Positions 61,314-64,000 of a stretch of 64,000 bases of DNA are shown here, piece after piece. How positions within the stretch are numbered: the stretch's first letter is position 1; every line of letters begins with the position of its first letter. The notes under the pieces are model-generated. The model ran no database searches and was not told the origin of the DNA. It saw only the letters and a list, made by a program, of their open reading frames with translations. The translations under genes were made by a program, and so were the position numbers. Source of the DNA: Promethearchaeota archaeon (GTDB lineage: Archaea; Asgardarchaeota; Lokiarchaeia; Sigyniarchaeales; SOKP01); NCBI GenBank assembly GCA_048937405.1, contig JBHLNF010000006.1, positions 96,001 to 160,000 on the forward strand, written 5' to 3'.

Positions 61314-61790
61314 TTAAAATCTCTTTTCAAGCACTGTAATAATTGGTTGAAAACCCAATTTGCTAAATACTCCAATTAATTTTTCATCTGTTGTATATGC
61401 AAGGTTAATGCGGATGGAATCAGTTCCCCAGGATTCTAAAATCTGAATTGCCCTATCCGCGAGGAGCTTACCGATCCCCTTTCCTATAAACTCTTTTTTA
61501 GTTGCCCAATTATCTAAATAACCAATATATTGTCCAAGAGTATTTTTTACACCCTCTATCATTCCCATACTTACTACTTGACCTGTTGATTTTAATTCTG
61601 CTATTAATGTGATTCTTTTTAGGTTTGGCTTAAACTGTCTTAAACCTGAAGATTCTCTCCATTGTGTTTCATTAAACCCAATGTCAAACATCTCATTTAG
61701 TTCTTTGAGAATTTCTAAAGTCGCTTCATAATCCGAGGTCCTGTAATTTCTAATAATTATATCTTCTTCTTTAATTTCATCTTTTGACAT
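61314..61790 (-). CDS. GNAT acetyltransferase
   Basis: IIIRNYRTSD, FIGKGIGKLL, FSKLGF. Confidence 0.85.
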   Translation of the reverse strand: MSKDEIKEEDIIIRNYRTSDYEATLEILKELNEMFDIGFNETQWRESSGLRQFKPNLKRITLIAELKSTGQVVSMGMIEGVKNTLGQYIGYLDNWATKKEFIGKGIGKLLADRAIQILESWGTDSIRINLAYTTDEKLIGVFSKLGFQPIITVLEKRF

Positions 61791-61804
61791 ATACTTTAAC
61801 CTTT

Positions 61805-62854
61805 TTAACTTGATATTTTATTAATTGACTTTAAATCAATTCTATGAGTAAGAATTTTATGACTATTACCATTATCATCTTCTTGCTTAATAGAGATTAG
61901 ATATTCATTAATTAATGGAACTATTGGTGAAACAAACAAGAGTTCCTCATGAGGGAACCAGAATTCAACCTTTTGAGTCATTACAACCTTTTCAAAAAAT
62001 TCTTTAACATGAGCTATTGTAATAGACATATTTGTTAAGTCTTTTTCTGTATTATTTTGGACAGTAATCTCTAGTTCTTGACTGTTTTCAATGAAATTAA
62101 GATGTGTAATTGAGAGAAGAGATTTTGAACCAATAGGCGTTACTGGTTTATTGGATGTTTCAAATAGATCTACATTTAAAAAGCTACTATTTCCTTTTAG
62201 ATTGCTAAGAGGGGAAAACTCAAAACCTTTAAGAGAAAAATAAGATATTGCTTTTTGCTCTTTGAGAGAGGGAGATTCTGCTCTTTTTTCAATAGCTTTT
62301 GAAAAATAATCTTTAATGGTTTTATCGATTAGTTCTCTCATAAAAACCTTAATTTTTGTTCCTTCAGAAATACATTCTTGAATCTTTGGTGTTTTTATCA
62401 CAGCTTCAGATGCAATTTCACTTTCTATAACCTCAGAGAGTGTTTCCTCAAAATTATCTCGTAGTTCTTCTGTTAATCTTTTTATTAATTCATCTCCGAA
62501 AATATCAATTTCGACAGGTATTGATACAATAATAACTATTGTCTCTGGAGTTTCTTCATGTAATCCAGCTCTTCTTTTCTGTCTTTCTGACTTTACGAGA
62601 AATTTTTTACCAAAGAATGTATACCCTTTATATTCTAAATCTATATGGTCGAGATCTTCAGTTTCTAAAAACCAAACTGGATGAAAATTGATAGGACGCA
62701 TATATCTTTTATCTTTTCTAAGGCGATCATCAGGATACATTAATAATGGTACCTGACCACGCTTTTCATCGAAAAACATGACATATACAACACACAAATC
62801 TTCTTTAGGTTTTTTTTCAACTGTTTTATCAAAAATATCCGACACAGCAACCAA
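61805..62854 (-). CDS. Hypothetical protein with uDENN/longin-like N-terminus and Ig-like C-terminus
   Basis: VVYVMFFDEKRGQVPLLMYP...RRAG...TIVIIV; ITVQNNTEKDLTNM. Confidence 0.5.
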   Translation of the reverse strand: MVAVSDIFDKTVEKKPKEDLCVVYVMFFDEKRGQVPLLMYPDDRLRKDKRYMRPINFHPVWFLETEDLDHIDLEYKGYTFFGKKFLVKSERQKRRAGLHEETPETIVIIVSIPVEIDIFGDELIKRLTEELRDNFEETLSEVIESEIASEAVIKTPKIQECISEGTKIKVFMRELIDKTIKDYFSKAIEKRAESPSLKEQKAISYFSLKGFEFSPLSNLKGNSSFLNVDLFETSNKPVTPIGSKSLLSITHLNFIENSQELEITVQNNTEKDLTNMSITIAHVKEFFEKVVMTQKVEFWFPHEELLFVSPIVPLINEYLISIKQEDDNGNSHKILTHRIDLKSINKISS

Positions 62855-63322
62855 TTCAAGAATAATTCAAGGATAATAATAATTAGTTTTTCACAAGAAA
62901 AAATTCTTCTTATTCTAAAAATGTAACTATAAAAAAAGCTTCCTAAATTAAACTTAAAATCTTAATTATAATATAAATAAAATCTGAATTGCTATATATA
63001 GATGTTAAAATTCATTTAGTCTAGCATGATTTTTCTATTAAAATTGAGAACACTTCAAGTTTTAAAGGTTCTCAAGATTATACACTCAAATTATAAACGA
63101 CGAATTTATTGATGGATGGGTATTATCTCATTTGGATTTATCCAATCGTGTACAAAAGTTATTTATAATTCATATTTTTTAACTGTTTTTTTCTCTAAAT
63201 CTATAGTTCCTAATCTATTATATTAAGATTATTATATATTATCTTTTACACATTTAATTTTAATTGAAATAATTAGATTTCTTATAGTATAATATTTAAA
63301 GAAAGAAAATTTTCGTTTTATA

Positions 63323-64000
63323 ATGAAGAATCCGATAATTCAAACTTTTGAGTTAACTAAAATATTTGATAATAAAACGCTTGCCGTTAATAAATTAAAT
63401 ATAACAGTCCATAAGGGAATTTATGGATTTTTAGGACCAAATGGAGCTGGAAAGACTACGACAATAAAGATGCTTATTGGATCACTTAATCCAACTTCAG
63501 GGGAAATAGAAATATTCGGAAAAAATATTACCTCGAATGAAAAGATTAATATCCATAATCTCATAGGCTATGTACCAGAAAATCCAACTTACTTTGTAGA
63601 AATGACCGCGGAAAAATTACTTAAATATATCGGTTCTATTTTTCATATGTCAAAACAAGAAATAAATAGTCGTATATCACATTTATTAAAACTAGTTGAA
63701 TTAACAGATGCGAAATATCGAAAAATTGCTAAATTCTCAGCGGGAATGAAGCAAAGAATTGGGATTGCTCAGGCTTTAATGAATGACCCCGAATTATTAA
63801 TACTTGATGAAATAACGGCTAATCTTGATCCACTTGGTCGAAATCAAATGATAGATCTACTTAAAGATTTACGACAAGATGGAAAAACAATGTTAATTTC
63901 AACACATATACTCCCAGAAGTTCAAAAGATGAGTGCAGATTCAATTGGGATTATTAACCAAGGTAATCTTATTATGGAGGGATCAACTCAAGAATTAAAT
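63323..64000 (+). CDS. ABC transporter ATP-binding protein (3'-truncated; not in ORF track)
   Basis: MKNPIIQTFELTKIF...GFLGPNGAGKTTT...FSAGMKQRIGIA...LILDE...STH. Confidence 0.92.
   Translation, partial: MKNPIIQTFELTKIFDNKTLAVNKLNITVHKGIYGFLGPNGAGKTTTIKMLIGSLNPTSGEIEIFGKNITSNEKINIHNLIGYVPENPTYFVEMTAEKLLKYIGSIFHMSKQEINSRISHLLKLVELTDAKYRKIAKFSAGMKQRIGIAQALMNDPELLILDEITANLDPLGRNQMIDLLKDLRQDGKTMLISTHILPEVQKMSADSIGIINQGNLIMEGSTQELN

Overview
AT-rich archaeal DNA. The gene content points to Asgard archaea, probably Lokiarchaeia: OSTC/DC2-like protein, Rag-like GTPase, longin/uDENN-like proteins, Cdc48, H4MPT-pathway genes, GGTGA Shine-Dalgarno sites and a eukaryote-like SECIS. From left to right: a divergent fwdGBDA cluster (2.5-6.4 kb); an Fe/metal and Fe-S biogenesis island (11.6-25.1 kb: feoAB, DtxR, ZIP, IscU, Mrp, 3x NifB/NifX, DUF134, DUF5320) marked by a recurring 16-bp palindrome; a Cdc48/MtdB operon; a 15-kb heterodisulfide-reductase/hydrogenase region with three different HdrA proteins; a two-component/Lrp signalling block; and thiolase, ESP and ABC genes. 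Main candidate for an undescribed system: an operon frhB-like - [winged-HTH::HdrA::MvhD fusion] - mvhG - mvhA - histidine kinase. Its NiFe large subunit carries both hallmarks of H2-sensing hydrogenases (His->Gln in L1, no C-terminal maturation peptide), so it is a putative DNA-binding H2/redox-sensing MvhAGD-HdrA complex. It is divergently transcribed from an HdrA selenoprotein with two in-frame UGA codons and a 3' SECIS. Several genes also appear to start at ATA/ATT codons. No rRNA, tRNA, CRISPR or mobile element was recognised. All calls come from motif reading only; no searches were run.
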